NCBI RefSeq assembly: GCF_003918875.1
Contig: NW_025767561.1
Location: 186,001-250,000 of the forward strand
Source: Haliotis rubra
Taxonomy: Eukaryota
Length of the DNA: 64,000 nt
Direction of reading: 5' to 3'
Shown here: piece by piece, positions 38,692 through 51,726 of the stretch
How positions within the stretch are numbered: the stretch's first letter is position 1
Layout of the letters: each line of letters begins with the position of its first letter
Program-made: the position numbers and the translations under genes
The notes under the pieces: model-generated
What the model was told of the DNA's origin: nothing
Databases searched by the model: none
The model's input: only the letters and a program-made list of their open reading frames with translations

Positions 38692-40071
38692 CTCTTTCAA
38701 CACCAGTCAACCAGAGGCATTTACTGCCATGACACCGAGTTCCCAGAGACTCTGAGGTCATAGATGAAGCCTATGTTTATCAATGAAAATATCAGCTCAT
38801 AAATCATTATTACTACTACATATCATACACCATTTGAAAGGTCTAATCCTACTGTTTATAAATATGAAAGTTATTTTTTATCATATTATTCAAGTAATAT
38901 GACTACAACTTAAACAAGTTAATTTTTACTGAAAATGCAAGCTGACACATTTATATGTCCAGATAAACCACGAAGGAAGCAAAAATTGAGGTGATATTTT
39001 TCCATTTGTAACATGTCATAATATCCCCTTTTATATTTTCATTTTTACGTAATCGGAAAATTATTATAAAAAGATTTAATATTTATGGTCGTCTATTTCC
39101 CAATATCTGTGGCTTTCTGCTCGGTAACGTGATACAACAGCGTGAAATACCTCCGTTTTCGAAGCTTCGTATGAATAACATGTGAGGCGATTCGTTTGAT
39201 GGCGGGTATCGTTCGACAGCTCTGAACATCAACAATATCACTGTACCTTTGCCAAGAGTATTTTCACAGTTGTAAGAAGCGATTTTATTGGATAAAGATT
39301 GGTTTCTAATGACGCTTATTTGCCCCAGTCTGCTATAAGGATCGTGATTGGTCAAAATCAGACATGACCTAAGGCAGCCAATCAAATAACAGCAATGGTC
39401 GTCGTAAATGAAAACCTGCAGATTCAGACGAAAGTTTTGGGTAAAATCATGCTATTCTGAACATGTTACGCAAAAAATCACCACCTATGCGTATATTATG
39501 GAACTTAGTGGACGTATCATGCTAGGTTATGACCTGTGACAAGAAAGTTTAATGCATATATTTTACCATTTAACATCGTGTCCGAGCGTAAAGTTCGAAG
39601 CGACGAAAGCCGAGATGTCACTTGAATTACATTACACGATCGCACAATAAAGATGGAAATAGTAAGTTGTAACGTACATTTGACAACTTGTATGAGTACT
39701 GTTGTTGATTTTATTCTTCCGTTTATTCAATTTGTGTAATTATTATCTCGAAACATCGTTACTTTGCTCTTTGACAACTCTGATGTGGACCCGTTGCCGA
39801 AGCATGTGTCCAAGAATCGTTTTTTTCAATAACATTGCGAAAAATAGTTTATAATTCTAATTCTGTAGATTATATATGGCCATTTGAAATTTAATAAGTG
39901 TTTTCAGGCATTATGAAAAGTGATAGATTTGATAAATGAATCATATGTTAGTTAGGTTCCTAAAATTATATATAATTTTGATGCGACTACTGCCTGACTG
40001 GTTTTCCGGCCTACGGTGTCTGGGGACTGGTGACGTCTTGGCCGGTTTTCGGGCCTACGGTGTTGAATGGG
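38692..40071. mobile_element. Non-autonomous piggyBac-like element
   Basis: TTAA at 38688-38691 and 40072-40075; termini CTCTTTCAACACC and GGTGTTGAATGGG; subterminal direct repeat GGTTTTC(C/G)GGCCTACGGTGT twice; CpG-rich interior without a transposase ORF. Confidence 0.6.
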
Positions 40072-40283
40072 TTAATGTCAAAGGGTGCAAAGCTAGTTTC
40101 CTCTGTCCTCACAACTGCTGTAAGGAATTTGTTTACTTTATTTTTGCAGCCATCTTGATACTTCATCATGACAACATATACATGATGAGTTCAGGTTGTT
40201 CCCATGTGATATAATTTGTGCATATTTATGGGCAATAGAAAAAAGCAGAGAATAGCCTAAAAGTTACAACAAATTTTAGATTA

Positions 40284-40562
40284 GGCCAGACCAATTTTAT
40301 TTCTTGTTTTACGGATCCACCGGTCATATTTTTTCAAGAATAAAAAAAAAAAATTAAAAAAAATTTCCCTGTTCAAAAAATAAAATCCTCATGTTTTTAT
40401 TGCCCCATATACACTTCATAAATTGCCTCAAATAAAATACTTTTAGTATTTAAAAGGAATAATATTTTCACTGGTGATTTTTATTTTTTATTTTGTTCCC
40501 GCCTGCCTTTAGGTTTTCTGAGGACAAAAATCCGTAAAACAAGAAGTAAAATTGGTCTGGCC
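40284..40562. mobile_element. PIF/Harbinger-type MITE
   Basis: TIRs of about 32 bp, GGCCAGACCAATTTTA(T/C)TTCTTGTTTTACGGA, with TTA duplicated at 40281-40283 and 40563-40565. Confidence 0.85.
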
Positions 40563-40899
40563 TTATCTGTCAGTTAAAAAATACATAATCCCAAGCATTG
40601 GGGATAGACTGGAGATGGATAAACTGTACTCATAGATTTTAACAGAAAATAATGGAATAATCACAAGTAGGGTCTTCTCCTTTGAAGTAATAAACAACTG
40701 ACTATGTCATTTTCATTCATGACATTAATGTCCCTTTGTTAAGGCCAATGAAACACACAATGAAGACAACATGAAAAACAACAGCCATGAAAAATCATTG
40801 AGCAATCAGTAAGGTATCATATCTTGGTGCTGAGTGTCGAACTTTTTATGATAATCAAAGTGTAGAAGATAAGTGAGTTGCTTTGAATGTGATCGAAGA

Positions 40900-41173
40900 T
40901 CCTCAAACAGGAATACCTGAGACAACCTCCCAAGTTTCAGATGGAGCCCATATGGAACCTCTGACAGACCATCTCTATGCGTGACTCTATGATCTCCATT
41001 GACCGGCAGGATGCATATCTACATGTATCATTCCATGACCATAGATGACAACGCTTTTCTGTCTCCAGAAGGCTGTTAAGAAGACTCTGCCAGCTTTCTT
41101 CGGGAATTTGTGGTTTCTTGTACATTCAGATAATTCAGAACGTCTACCCAAGAAATTGCAGAAATATATATAT
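40900..41173 (+). mobile_element. Older DIRS remnant, 5' part (RT), interrupted by the young DIRS
   Basis: From 40911: EYLRQPPKFQMEPIWNL*QTISMRDSMISIDRQDAYLHVSFH, which aligns with DYLLKPAKFKMIHL...SIDLQDAYLHIPIH of the young element. Confidence 0.75.
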
Positions 41174-41566
41174 ATATTTTTCCTTATCCTGACTCATGCT
41201 TATTTCTTGTCTCCCTTTTCTTCCGAATGCTAGTGGAACACTTGAATCCCCCTTTTGAAGCTCCCTTCAAAAAAGCAGACGTAAAATCACTCACCAGGTG
41301 TTATCTCCCTTCCTAGGGTTTTGGTGGGAAATGGCGCCACCTGTCACCCATGCTCCTCACTCTCTCCTTCTTCGCCCGAGTGGACGGTTGTGAGAGCGCC
41401 TGGGTCCCCTATACGGCACTATGTCCTTTTCTAATTTAGGCTGTGTTACTAAATTAGCTGTATAAGGTTTTAGGAAACTTTTACCAACAATATGGTTTGA
41501 AATTATTTGTCAATTTTGTCTGTTTTTTCACGTTTTTACGTGATTGTTCAGATTGTTTACAAATTG

Positions 41567-43308
41567 ATGAAATCTTGTATTCTTTGTAGGTACAGATTGT
41601 CTGCTGCTGATCCACACGAACTATGTCCTAATTGCAAGCCTGCGTGTTCTTCCAGCCTTCGCTGTCAGTTGTGTTTTCACCTGTCCGAATTTGAATTCAA
41701 CAAATATTCATATTATCAGCGCAGATCAGAACTTCAACCCGGGCTCCTTTATACAGCAATTCACCCAGCAGATGTTGGACCTGATGGAACAACGGTTCGC
41801 ACAGGAGAGAGCTGCGACGAAGACTCCATCAACGACGAACCTGCGTGAAGGACAACCGATCTGCACATCATGTCCCGTAGAAGTTAACAACCTGCGAAGC
41901 CTGCACGATGATTCCAGCATGTCTACGACGTCCGCACGAAGGTCTGACGAACCTACCAATGCGGAACCTGCACCAGTTACGTTCGGCGAACCCTCAAGGA
42001 AAAGACGTTCGCCAAACCTACGCAGATCTTCATCCATCTCAGATGCTGACAGTCATCACGAACCTACGCGCAAGAGTTCGTCATCAAGGAGAAGAGAATC
42101 TACACCTGCGCGAAGGCACAGAGATTCATCGCAAGACTCCAACCCTCGTCAGAGCTGCTCACCTACGCGCAGGTATTCGCGAAGGCATTCACAAACGTCT
42201 TCATCTCCACGAAAGCATTCACGAACGCATTTGCGAACGTATGGATCACCACGAAGGTCACCACGCAGGTCCCCATACAGATCTCCACGCAGGTCGCCAC
42301 ATAGGTCTTCACACAGATCGCCTTACAGATCGCCACGCACGGACGACTCTATACGTCAATCCTCAGAGCGTGAGACTGCTAAATCAGAAGACGACGGCAG
42401 AATTATCTTCTCCGACTCAGAGATCAAGTCCTGGATGGCCAACGGCTTGGAACTCGCATCACCCTCCAAGGAGACCAATGAAGCACTCTCATATCTGATG
42501 TTGAATGATGATGTGGACACTCTCACTCTTCCACCCATTGATCCGGTCTCAGACGTACCAGACAATCTCAGAACAGCCTTCAAGAAGGCAACAAAATTCC
42601 AGACTCAGAGTATTCCGCCTTTCAACGCAAAGAAGTTCTCTCTACACCATATGGAACCCTTCATGAAGGCCCCAGAGATAGACGAGAACTATAAAATCAT
42701 CAACGACTCTCGGATGAAATCCTACAAAATAGAGGACAAAAAGCTGTCACAATTCGACACAATGACCAGACGAACCTTCTTAGGCTTAGCCAGATCAAGA
42801 GCTGTCAACGAGACCCTCATCGCGAAGTTTAGAAACTCAACTTCAGAGGAAGATCGGATGATCTATTCAGCGCTACCCACACAGAAAAAGGACCATCAGT
42901 TCATGTCTGAACACTTAGCATCCATTTCGGCGGGATTGACGCTGTCAAGAAGGCAAGGACTATTATCTTCCTGCACTTGGAGCGAGAAATTTACCAAGAC
43001 ACTCTACAGAGCCCCATGGTCAGCGCCATCCATCTTCGCCGGGGAAATTGATGAGGTTGCCAAAGAAGTCTCTACAGATTCCAGAGAAGAGATGATGATC
43101 AAGTCTATTGATACACTGGCTAGTGTTATCCGCCAGACGTCCCAACGCTATTCCGGCAAGTCAAAGTTTGCAGGTATACAGAGAGCAAGGGAAAAGAAAT
43201 TTGGCAACACTAAGGGAAGCAAGGATTCTTTTCGTCGCCCATTAGAGCTCCAAGAGGTAACCCTGGAAGAGGCTGGCCCTTTAGAGGTACCAGATATAGT
43301 AGACGATG
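41567..43308 (+). pseudogene. DIRS ORF1 (gag-like): Cys/His N-terminus, SR/SP-rich region, helical domain, RG-rich tail
   Basis: MKSCILCRYRLSAADPHELCPNC...CQLC in one frame, frame change near 41720, SPRRSPYRSP repeats, and tail RAPRGNPGRGWPFRGTRYSRR* in an alternative frame. Confidence 0.75.
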
Positions 43309-43309
43309 A

Positions 43310-44732
43310 AGAACAGGTTCGGAACGACTGGAGTCTTCCACCCCCAGCCGTTCCAATACAACTTTCACAAGTGGGTGGACGTCTACAACACTACTGGAAG
43401 AATTGGGGAATTCTTCAAGACGACTTCGTATTTCAGATCCTACGCAAAGGTTACAGGATACAACTACAAGCAGTTCCACCAGTACCAATCAATCCGCAGG
43501 CCCACAACTACGCTGCAGACCAGAAGGGAAATCTGTTAGAAGCCATCACATCTCTACTAGAGAAGGAGGCAATCGAAGAGATAAACCAGAAGTGCGTCAC
43601 ACCCGGTTTCTACTCCCCAATTTTTCTTGTTCCAAAGAAAAACTCCAAAGAAAAGTTCCGACTCATCTACAACATGAGGAAATTCAACAAAGATTATCTA
43701 CTAAAACCCGCAAAGTTCAAGATGATACATCTACCTCAACTGCGACATCTCATACGTCCGCTAGATTACCTTGCCAGCATAGACTTACAGGATGCATACT
43801 TACACATCCCGATCCATCCGGAATCAAGGAGATATCTACGATTCCTCTTCAACGGACGTCATTTCCAATGGAAGGTCCTGCCATTTGGAATATCGTCGGC
43901 CCCCTGGTTGTTTACTCGAGTGACAAAGCCCATCAGTATATATCTACATCATCGGGGTCTACGCAGTGCGTTTTACCTAGACGACGGGATTCAAGCTCAG
44001 CAAGATCCCAGTCAACTCAGACTACAACTAAACTTCACCATCAGACTGCTCACTCAACTAGGATGGCTAGTGAATCTCCTCAAGTCGGAACTAGAGCCTA
44101 CTCAGGATCTACAATTCCTAGGAATACGGCTCATCACAGCGGAGAACCGCATACTCGTCCCAGAGGACCGTTGGGTCAAGATACAACAAATGATATCTCA
44201 AGTACTACTCTCTCCGTTACCACTACGAGAATGGCAGAGCTTATTAGGTCTCCTCACGTCAGCTCAAGACATGACTCGCAGAGGAAGGCTACAATTGCGC
44301 CCACTACAGGTTTTGGTGAACGCTCATCTAGACAGTCTGGACCCCTTCGGACTACCAGACAAACTAAAACCATATCGCCTATGGTGGACTCTGAAGTCGA
44401 ATGTTTGTGGAGGAACCTACTTAGTAGAGCCGGAGTGCAACATGCACCTCTACGTAGATGCATCACTTCAAGGATGGGGAGCACACCTTGAGAACGAAGT
44501 GGCAGCCGGGAAATGGTCGAAACAAGAAATGACTCTGCATATCAACATGCTCGATGAAAGCAGTAATAAATGCCTTACTACACTGGTCCAGCATACTACG
44601 GAACGCGAAATTGATGATCCACACGGACAACTCAACAGTGGCGTTCTACATAAACAGACAAGGATAAACAAGATCTTACAATCTTCTAGACCTCAGCTTT
44701 CATCTCTTCAGCATAATAGACGAGTTGGACGT
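43310..44732 (+). pseudogene. DIRS pol copy 1: reverse transcriptase and RNase H, cut at the duplication junction
   Basis: VGGRL, FYSPIFLVPKK, SIDLQDAYLHIPI, LPFGISSAP, YLDD, YVDASLQGWGA, HINML; frameshift near 44553, then IHTDNSTVAFYINRQG. Confidence 0.9.
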
Positions 44733-46377
44733 TCAGTTGTGTTTTCACCTGTCCGAATTTGAATTCAACAAATATTCATATTATCAGCGCAGATCAGAAC
44801 TTCAACCCGGGCTCCTTTATACAGCAATTCACCCAGCAGATGTTGGACCTGATGGAACAACGGTTCGCACAGGAGAGAGCTGCGACGAAGACTCCATCAA
44901 CGACGAACCTGCGTGAAGGACAACCGATCTGCACATCATGTCCCGTAGAAGTTAACAACCTGCGAAGCCTGCACGATGATTCCAGCATGTCTACGACGTC
45001 CGCACGAAGGTCTGACGAACCTACCAATGCGGAACCTGCACCAGTTACGTTCGGCGAACCCTCAAGGAAAAGACGTTCGCCAAACCTACGCAGATCTTCA
45101 TCCATCTCAGATGCTGACAGTCATCACGAACCTACGCGCAAGAGTTCGTCATCAAGGAGAAGAGAATCTACACCTGCGCGAAGGCACAGAGATTCATCGC
45201 AAGACTCCAACCCTCGTCAGAGCTGCTCACCTACGCGCAGGTATTCGCGAAGGCATTCACAAACGTCTTCATCTCCACGAAAGCATTCACGAACGCATTT
45301 GCGAACGTATGGATCACCACGAAGGTCACCACGCAGGTCCCCATACAGATCTCCACGCAGGTCGCCACATAGGTCTTCACACAGATCGCCTTACAGATCG
45401 CCACGCACGGACGACTCTATACGTCAATCCTCAGAGCGTGAGACTGCTAAATCAGAAGACGACGGCAGAATTATCTTCTCCGACTCAGAGATCAAGTCCT
45501 GGATGGCCAACGGCTTGGAACTCGCATCACCCTCCAAGGAGACCAATGAAGCACTCTCATATCTGATGTTGAATGATGATGTGGACACTCTCACTCTTCC
45601 ACCCATTGATCCGGTCTCAGACGTACCAGACAATCTCAGAACAGCCTTCAAGAAGGCAACAAAATTCCAGACTCAGAGTATTCCGCCTTTCAACGCAAAG
45701 AAGTTCTCTCTACACCATATGGAACCCTTCATGAAGGCCCCAGAGATAGACGAGAACTATAAAATCATCAACGACTCTCGGATGAAATCCTACAAAATAG
45801 AGGACAAAAAGCTGTCACAATTCGACACAATGACCAGACGAACCTTCTTAGGCTTAGCCAGATCAAGAGCTGTCAACGAGACCCTCATCGCGAAGTTTAG
45901 AAACTCAACTTCAGAGGAAGATCGGATGATCTATTCAGCGCTACCCACACAGAAAAAGGACCATCAGTTCATGTCTGAACACTTAGCATCCATTTCGGCG
46001 GGATTGACGCTGTCAAGAAGGCAAGGACTATTATCTTCCTGCACTTGGAGCGAGAAATTTACCAAGACACTCTACAGAGCCCCATGGTCAGCGCCATCCA
46101 TCTTCGCCGGGGAAATTGATGAGGTTGCCAAAGAAGTCTCTACAGATTCCAGAGAAGAGATGATGATCAAGTCTATTGATACACTGGCTAGTGTTATCCG
46201 CCAGACGTCCCAACGCTATTCCGGCAAGTCAAAGTTTGCAGGTATACAGAGAGCAAGGGAAAAGAAATTTGGCAACACTAAGGGAAGCAAGGATTCTTTT
46301 CGTCGCCCATTAGAGCTCCAAGAGGTAACCCTGGAAGAGGCTGGCCCTTTAGAGGTACCAGATATAGTAGACGATGA

Positions 46378-48315
46378 AGAACAGGTTCGGAACGACTGGA
46401 GTCTTCCACCCCCAGCCGTTCCAATACAACTTTCACAAGTGGGTGGGCGTCTACAACACTACTGGAAGAATTGGGGAATTCTTCAAGACGACTTCGTATT
46501 TCAGATCCTACGCAAAGGTTACAGGATACAACTACAAGCAGTTCCACCAGTACCAATCAATCCGCAGGCCCACAACTACGCTGCAGACCAGAAGGGAAAT
46601 CTGTTAGAAGCCATCACATCTCTACTAGAGAAGGAGGCAATCGAAGAGATAAACCAGAAGTGCGTCACACCCGGTTTCTACTCCCCAATTTTTCTTGTTC
46701 CAAAGAAAAACTCCAAAGAAAAGTTCCGACTCATCTACAACATGAGGAAATTCAACAAAGATTATCTACTAAAACCCGCAAAGTTCAAGATGATACATCT
46801 ACCTCAACTGCGACATCTCATACGTCCGCTAGATTACCTTGCCAGCATAGACTTACAGGATGCATACTTACACATCCCGATCCATCCGGAATCAAGGAGA
46901 TATCTACGATTCCTCTTCAACGGACGTCATTTCCAATGGAAGGTCCTGCCATTTGGAATATCGTCGCCCCTGGTTGTTTACTCGGTGACAAAGCCCATCA
47001 GTATATATCTACATCATCGGGGTCACGTGAGTGCGCTTTTACCTAGACGACGGGATTCAAGCTCAGCAAGATCCCAGTCAACTCAGACTACAACTAAACT
47101 TCACCATCAGACTGCTCACTCAACTAGGATGGCTAGTGAATCTCCTCAAGTCGGAACTAGAGCCTACTCAGGATCTACAATTCCTAGGAATACGGCTCAT
47201 CACAGCGGAGAACCGCGATACTTCGTCCCCAGAGGACCGCTGGGTCAAGATACAACAAATGATATCTCAGTACTACTCTCTCCGTTACCACTCACGAGAA
47301 TGGCAGAGCTTATTAGGTCTCCTCTCCGCCAGCTCAAGACATGACTCGCAGAGGAAGGCTACAATTGCTTCACTACAGGTTTTGGTGAACGCTCATCTAG
47401 ACAGTCTGGACCCCTTCGGACTACCAGACAAACTAAAACCATATCGCCTATGGTGGACTCTGAAGTCGAATGTTTGTGGAGGAACCTACTTAGTAGAGCC
47501 GGAGTGCAACATGCACCTCTACGTAGATGCATCACTTCAAGGATGGGGAGCACACCTTGAGAACGAAGTGGCAGCCGGGAAATGGTCGAAACAAGAAATG
47601 ACTCTGCATATCAACATGCTCGATGAAAGCAGTAATAAATGCCTTACTACACTGGTCCAGCATACTACGGAACGCGAAATTGATGATCCACACGGACAAC
47701 TCAACAGTGGCGTTCTACATAAACAGACAAGGATAAACAAGATCTTACAATCTTCTAGACCTCAGCTTTCATCTCTTCAGCATAATAGACGAGTTGGACG
47801 TTTATGTAAAGGCATGCCACATTCCAGGAGCCAAGAATGTGATAGCAGATGCTCTATCTCGACCGGAACAACCATCTCCAACAGAATGGATGTAACACCC
47901 GGAAGCATTCAGATGCATCATACAGACGATAGGATCTCCACTCATAGATCTGTTCGCCACAAGGTTCAACAATCAACTGACAACATTCGCCTCTCCAATT
48001 CCCGATCCACAAGCATGGGCGACAGATGCTTTAAGCATCCCTTGGGAAGGACTAAACGCTTACGCATTTCCGCCTCCAACACTAATACCACAAGTATTAC
48101 GGAAAATCAAGCAGACGAGGAACCTGCAACTGATTTTGGTCGCGCCCTACTGGTCGGCTAGAACGTGGATTCCTGTTCTCATACAAGAACTCGGAAAACC
48201 AAAACTAAAACTCCCAGAGTGGCCGAACGTAGTAATACATCCTCACACCAAGCAAGCTCAAAAGAACCCCAGGTTGTTCCACCTACACGCATGGAGCGTA
48301 TCAAAGCTTGCTTGA
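46378..48315 (+). pseudogene. DIRS pol copy 2: RT-RNase H-methyltransferase-like domain with frameshifts and stops
   Basis: Same RT motifs with several indels at 46965-47372. Downstream frame reads HIPGAKNVIADALSR, IDLFATRFNNQL, WEGLNAYAFPP, LILVAPYW. Confidence 0.88.
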
Positions 48316-49365
48316 CTAAAAGAGGATACTCCGCCAGAGCAGCGAAAGCAGTTACACTAGCTTTACGCAAATCTACCCGTAACTTGTATGACGACAAGTG
48401 GCAGAGTTTTGAGAAATATGCCTTGAGGAAAGGCTTCACAGCGATGAAAGCAACACATCCTCAAGTGGCGGAATATCTTTGTCATCTCAGACAAATAAAG
48501 CGGTTAAAAGGTTCAACACTGTCTACATACCTAGCGGCCCTCAGCTCAGTTATCACCATGAAGACAGGTGTTAAGCTGACTAAAGTACCAGAAATACTGG
48601 CCTTACTACGATCCTTTAAGTTGGAAGATCAACAAAAGAAGTTTAAAGCGCCGGCTTTGGATCTTAATGTAGTTTTACAGCATCTCACCAGTGATGCTTA
48701 CGAACCACTGGAAAGGACATCCTATGAGTTTCTTACACAGAATACTCTCTTCCTGATCGCATTGGCAACAGCAGCAAGCGGATGTCGGAAATACATGCTC
48801 TGGACTTTGAACGAATACGTTTTGATGCACATCACAACATCGTTCATCTGGGATTGAGATGGGACTTCATAGCTAAGAATCACCTGCCAGGTCAACCCGA
48901 CAGACAATTCCACATCCCAGCATTATCAACAATCCTCGGGCCACAGGATATCCAGGACCTATCCTTATGCCCAGTCAGAGCACTGAAAATCTAGTTACAA
49001 AGGTCTAAAAACAGAAGACGAAAATTCAATCGCCTTTTCATCCCCATATCGTCGGAGACACCCACAGAGATCTCACGCACTACGATATCAGTCTGGATGG
49101 GGCAATCATCCTAAGAGCTTGCAAGGCAGCAGGACTTGAGCCTCCACGAGCCTCCAATCCTCATGAAGTTAGAGCATTGGCATCTACACTCGCTCTACAT
49201 GTAAAATGCTTAATATCTACGATAATGGAAGGATGTTTTTGGAAATCGGAGTCGGTGTTTGCTAACCACTACCTCAGAGACATCGCTACCGAGGACGTCT
49301 CCGGCATCCACCAGTTTGGGCCTCTTGTTGTAGCACAACAACTGACAGTTCCGCTAAGGCGCTGA
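48291..49365 (+). pseudogene. DIRS tyrosine recombinase, disrupted
   Basis: RKSTRNLYDDKW, LALATAA..R.SEIHAL (frameshift near 48778), CPVRAL (stop at 48992), HEVR, W..ESVFANHYLRD: the R-HxxR-W-Y catalytic set. Confidence 0.9.
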
Positions 49366-50125
49366 GAATGATCTCGCCCTTTTAGCACATGTCTTGCAAG
49401 CTCATACTCTGGAGAGATAGAGCTTAGAGTCCATGTACACATCTAGAACAGACTAGTATGAGTATAGACCCTGTACTTGTAAAGGATTTACTCGTACATA
49501 TAAAGGGTCACTTCTCCACTTGATACGAGCATCAAGAGTTGGAGTTGCATAAATCCACACATATGTCAACAGAAGACAGATCTGATAAGTTGTGGTTCCC
49601 CCAAATTCATCAGAGAAAGCTGGAAATATGGATCAGCAGCAGCAGCAGTGCCATCAGAAGTTCCCATGGGGGGTATATAGGACGTAAATTCATCAGTTAG
49701 GAATCCAGAAGTGGCTTGACCCACCACCATTTCCGACGGATTCTACAAGAAATAAGCATGAGTCAGGATAAGGAAAAATATGTAATTTTCTGAATAAAAT
49801 TGATATTTTATACTTATCCTGACTCATGAGGTGAGTCCTCCCAACCTCCCCTCAAGGCACTCTGGATTTCCCTGTAAATCCGTGTGTCGGGCTATATATA
49901 TTACGGAGAAAGTGAGGAGCATGGGTGACAGGTGGTGCCGTTTCCCGCCAAAACCCTAGGAAGGGAGATAACACCTGGTGAGTGATTTTACGTCCGCTTT
50001 TTTGAAGGGATCTCCAAAAGGGGGATTCAAGTGTTCCACTAGCATTCGGAAGAAAAGGGAGACAAGCAATAAGCATGAGTCAGGATAAGTATAAAATATC
50101 AATTTTATTCAGAAAATTACATATT

Positions 50126-51095
50126 CAACACCTTTCCGGGGCCTAGATTATCCTCCAGAGAATCATTATCATGATGTCAGGACCAAGATAACTGAGCTTC
50201 AGTCATCTCCTCACACTTTATGTCAATGGATGTTGCTATTAGGAGCTCTCGCTTCTCACTGGGCACTATACCTAAGGAACTCTTCTGTACTTACCATCAT
50301 GAACAGTTCCACGGAAGAAGAACCCACTTTATATTCCTCATGGAGTTTTCGAGGGAACCTTACGATCTAATGGACTATCTGGAGCAGCATCATGGACAGG
50401 CACATCCCAGGGAAGATCATCATCCTCACAGACATTCTATCTCGGCCAGCTTTCATATGGATGCCTTGAGAATGGTGACGATCAAGTGGGAGCAGCCTTA
50501 TATGCATTTGTTTGTGACGTCGCTTAACAACCAGCTACCAACTTTTAACAGCCCAGTTCTAGATCCTTTTGCTTATGCAGAGGATGCCATGACGACTATT
50601 TGGGAAGGCATGATCACATATGCAATTCCACCGACAGTGCTTATACCACAATCCTAGCCAAGATCATAAATCAGATGACACTGTATCTAGTGGCATCACC
50701 ATGGCCAACATGCTCTTGGTTTCCAGCTGGTGGATTTCAACCATTACGTCTGCCCCTTTGGCCAACTCTTTTCTGACAACCAATGTCAGCCAGATTCCAT
50801 TGCAACCTCAGACAGCTTTAAAATGATACTTGCATAGGACCGATGCATTCATTGTGGACTCTGCTGTCTGAACATATCTTGTCAAGAATAATCAGATAAT
50901 GACATTTCCAAGAACACAGTGGTGGCCTGGATTAAGAAAACTATTAAACAGGCTTAGACTATGGCAGAAGATCAGCCACTTGTATATGGATCCCTATGTC
51001 CACATAAAATTAGAACCATTGCTTAGCAGATCATGTCTGCTTGCCAGTGGTTATCTTGGAACACTTTTACAACATGCTGTCTGAGGATGTCATCA
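50126..51095 (+). mobile_element. Older DIRS remnant, 3' part (MT domain and YR C-terminus)
   Basis: WEQPYMHLFVTSLNNQLPTFNSPVLDPFAYAEDAMTTIWEGMITYAIPP (MT-like) and MSACQWLSWNTFTTCCLR (end of YR). Confidence 0.75.
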
Positions 51096-51726
51096 AGACC
51101 CTTCCAGGCCTTTATGATTGAGGGTCTATGGCTGTTCCCTAGGACCTTCAAGGCCTTTGTGATTGAGGGTCTATGGCTGTTCTCCAGACCCTTCAAGGCT
51201 TTCATGATTGAGGGTCTATGGCTGTTCCCCAAGACCTTCAAGACCTTCGTGATTGAGGGTCTATGGCTGTTCCCCAGGACCTTTTAGGCCTTCGTAATTG
51301 AGGGTCTATGGCTGTTCCCCAGGACCTTCAAGGCCCTCGTGATTGAGGGTCTATGGCTGTTCTCCAGGACCTTCAAGACCTTTGTGATTGAGGGTCTATG
51401 GCTGTTCTCCAGGACCTTCAAGACCTTCGTGATTGAGGGTCTATGGCTGTTCTCCAGGACCTTCTAGGCCTTCATGATTGAGGGTCTATGGCTGTTCCCC
51501 AGGACCTTCAAGACCTTCATGATTGAGGGTCTATGGCTGTTTCCCAGGACCTTCAAGGCCTTCATGATTGAGGGTCTTTGGCTGTTCCCCAGGACCTTCA
51601 AGGCCTTCGTGATTGAGGGTCTATGGCTGTTCCCCAGGACCTTCAAGACCTTCATGATTGAGGGTCTATGGCTGTTCCCTAGGACCTTCAAGGCCTTCGT
51701 GATTGAGGGTCTATGGCTGTTCCCCA
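51095..51726. repeat. Minisatellite, 45-bp unit, about 14 copies, probably derived from a DIRS recombinase 3' end
   Basis: AGGACCTTCAAGGCCTTCGTGATTGAGGGTCTATGGCTGTTCCCC. Confidence 0.95.

Larger units (their letters stand above)
41174..50125 (+). mobile_element. DIRS1-type tyrosine-recombinase retrotransposon, full length, inactivated, with internal 3.07-kb tandem duplication
   Basis: Inverted terminal repeats 41174-41367 and 49905-50089 (about 8 mismatches), right extension 50090-50125, and internal complementary region 49745-49828 complementary to both termini. ATATT is present at both ends. Encodes gag-like, RT, RNase H, adenine-methyltransferase-like and YR regions. Confidence 0.95.

Noticed and set aside
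41691-44762. 1023-aa ORF as an intact or domesticated host gene
   Set aside because: It is a gag-pol read-through lacking the N-terminus, frameshifted in RNase H and ending at the duplication junction.
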